Source of the DNA: Synechococcus sp.
Lineage (GTDB): Bacteria > Cyanobacteriota > Cyanobacteriia > PCC-6307 > Cyanobiaceae
Assembly: GCA_047285805.1 (NCBI GenBank)
Contig: JBJBCN010000002.1
Location: 1-64,000, forward strand
DNA: 64,000 nt
Direction: 5' to 3'
Shown here: one piece after another, positions 62,835-64,000 of the stretch
Position numbering within the stretch: position 1 is the first letter of the stretch
Layout: every line of letters begins with the position of its first letter
Notes under the pieces: model-generated
What the model was told of the DNA's origin: nothing
Databases searched by the model: none
Seen by the model: only the letters and a program-made list of their open reading frames with translations
Made by a program: the position numbers and the translations under genes

Positions 62835-63944
62835 TTAGGAGAAACCCTTGCCTGCATCCTTGGCGACGCAGGCCTGGAGTTGTTTGCGGATTTTGGCGTG
62901 GTCGAGGTTCTTGCCGATCACGACCAACTGGTTCTTGCGGTCGCTGGGCTTGCTCCACTCGCTGTCGTCGATGGAGAAGCGTTTGCCGGCCAGGTGGAAG
63001 ACGTGGCGCTTGCTGCTCTCGTTGAACCAGAGGATTCCCTTGGCGCGGAAGACTCCGGCAGGAAGCTGGTTGTCGAGGAAGTTCTGAAACTTCCTTAGGG
63101 AGAAGGGGTCTGCGCTGTCAAAGGAGAGGGACGTGAATCCCTCGATGGCGAGGTGATCGGCGTGGGAATGGTCGTGGGAGTGCCCGTGATCGTGGGCATG
63201 GCTGTGATCGTGGTCGTGGTCGTGGTGATCGTGGGAATGGTCGTGATCGTGCTCATGCACGCAGTGACCGTGGTCGTGGTCGCAGTCGTCGTGGTTTTGC
63301 TGCGCGGCCACCTTGTCGCTCTCAAAGAGGCCAACGCTGAGCAGGAGCGGCAGGCTGACCTCCCCTTTGACCGAGCGCAGGATCCGCGCATCGGTTTTGA
63401 TCTCCCGCAGCTTCTCCTCCACGGCAGTGAGGCGCTCCTCGCTGACCAGGTCGCACTTGTTGAGCAAAAGGATGTCGCCATAGACCACCTGGGCCCGGGC
63501 CACTTCCCCAACAAGGATCTCGTCGCTGAAGTTCTCGGCATCGACCAGGGTGATGATCGAGTCGAGCCGGGTCTGATCCCGTAGATCACTTCCAATGAAG
63601 GTCATGGCCACCGGCAGCGGGTCGGCGAGACCCGTGGTTTCCACGACCAGATAGTCGACGGGATCCGGACGATCGAGGATTCGATAGACGGCGTCCAACA
63701 GCTCCCCGTTGATGGAGCAGCAGATGCAGCCATTGCTGAGTTCGACCATGTCATCGCTGGTGGCGATGATCAGATCGTTGTCGATGCCGATCTCACCGAA
63801 CTCGTTCACTAGAACAGCGGTTTTGACACCCTGCTGGTTGCTGAGAATGTGGTTGAGCAGCGTGGTTTTTCCCGCGCCAAGGAAGCCCGTCAGGATGGTG
63901 ACGGGGAGCCCGCTATGGGCCTGATCCATCAGGCTGCTGCTCAT
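62835..63944 (-). CDS. COG0523/CobW-family metallochaperone GTPase with His-rich insert
   Basis: GFLGAGKT, NEFG, GCICC, ETTG, NKCD and RAKG motifs, with an (HD)n tract at about 63153..63296. Confidence 0.93.
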   Translation of the reverse strand: MSSSLMDQAHSGLPVTILTGFLGAGKTTLLNHILSNQQGVKTAVLVNEFGEIGIDNDLIIATSDDMVELSNGCICCSINGELLDAVYRILDRPDPVDYLVVETTGLADPLPVAMTFIGSDLRDQTRLDSIITLVDAENFSDEILVGEVARAQVVYGDILLLNKCDLVSEERLTAVEEKLREIKTDARILRSVKGEVSLPLLLSVGLFESDKVAAQQNHDDCDHDHGHCVHEHDHDHSHDHHDHDHDHSHAHDHGHSHDHSHADHLAIEGFTSLSFDSADPFSLRKFQNFLDNQLPAGVFRAKGILWFNESSKRHVFHLAGKRFSIDDSEWSKPSDRKNQLVVIGKNLDHAKIRKQLQACVAKDAGKGFS

Positions 63945-64000
63945 GGTCAAGGCGGCTTGCTGCGGCTTCGAATCGTTCCTAAGTCTGGCTGGTTACGTGC

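Noticed and set aside
63153..63296. Tandem GTGATC/GTGGTC repeats
   Set aside because: They simply encode the His/Asp-rich linker of the COG0523 protein.
1..64000. HIP1 (GCGATCGC) over-representation
   Set aside because: Only a handful of copies noticed by eye, far fewer than in HIP1-rich cyanobacteria. Not counted rigorously.

Overview
This 64 kb window comes from a high-GC picocyanobacterium (Synechococcus/Cyanobium type), judged from psbDC, ycf4, petM, NTRC, nblA and the hyperconserved protein PSHCP. Most of it is core genome: pntAB, dxr, cysS, polA, gltX, tRNA-Asp, tRNA-Trp, rplS, map, oxoprolinase-ggt, a TRAP transporter, hemL, glcD, xth, larC, fur, hupE under a cobalamin riboswitch, and a COG0523 GTPase. 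Two accessory stretches stand out. (1) A low-GC island (1 to about 6120) ends at the psbC terminator. It encodes a 5'-truncated YadA-like trimeric autotransporter with an unusual ~167-aa coiled-coil tail after the predicted barrel, an orphan secreted protein, and a sulfotransferase-like/acyltransferase/TPR-glycosyltransferase operon. This is the best candidate for an undescribed system, namely adhesin glyco-modification. (2) A small-gene region (about 13.9-17.7 kb) holds an nblA-like gene missed by the ORF track, with a perfect NtcA box, flanked by two unknown paralogues, plus frameshifted genes. I saw no CRISPR array, integrase or transposase. All calls come from reading the sequence and recalling family motifs; no searches were run.
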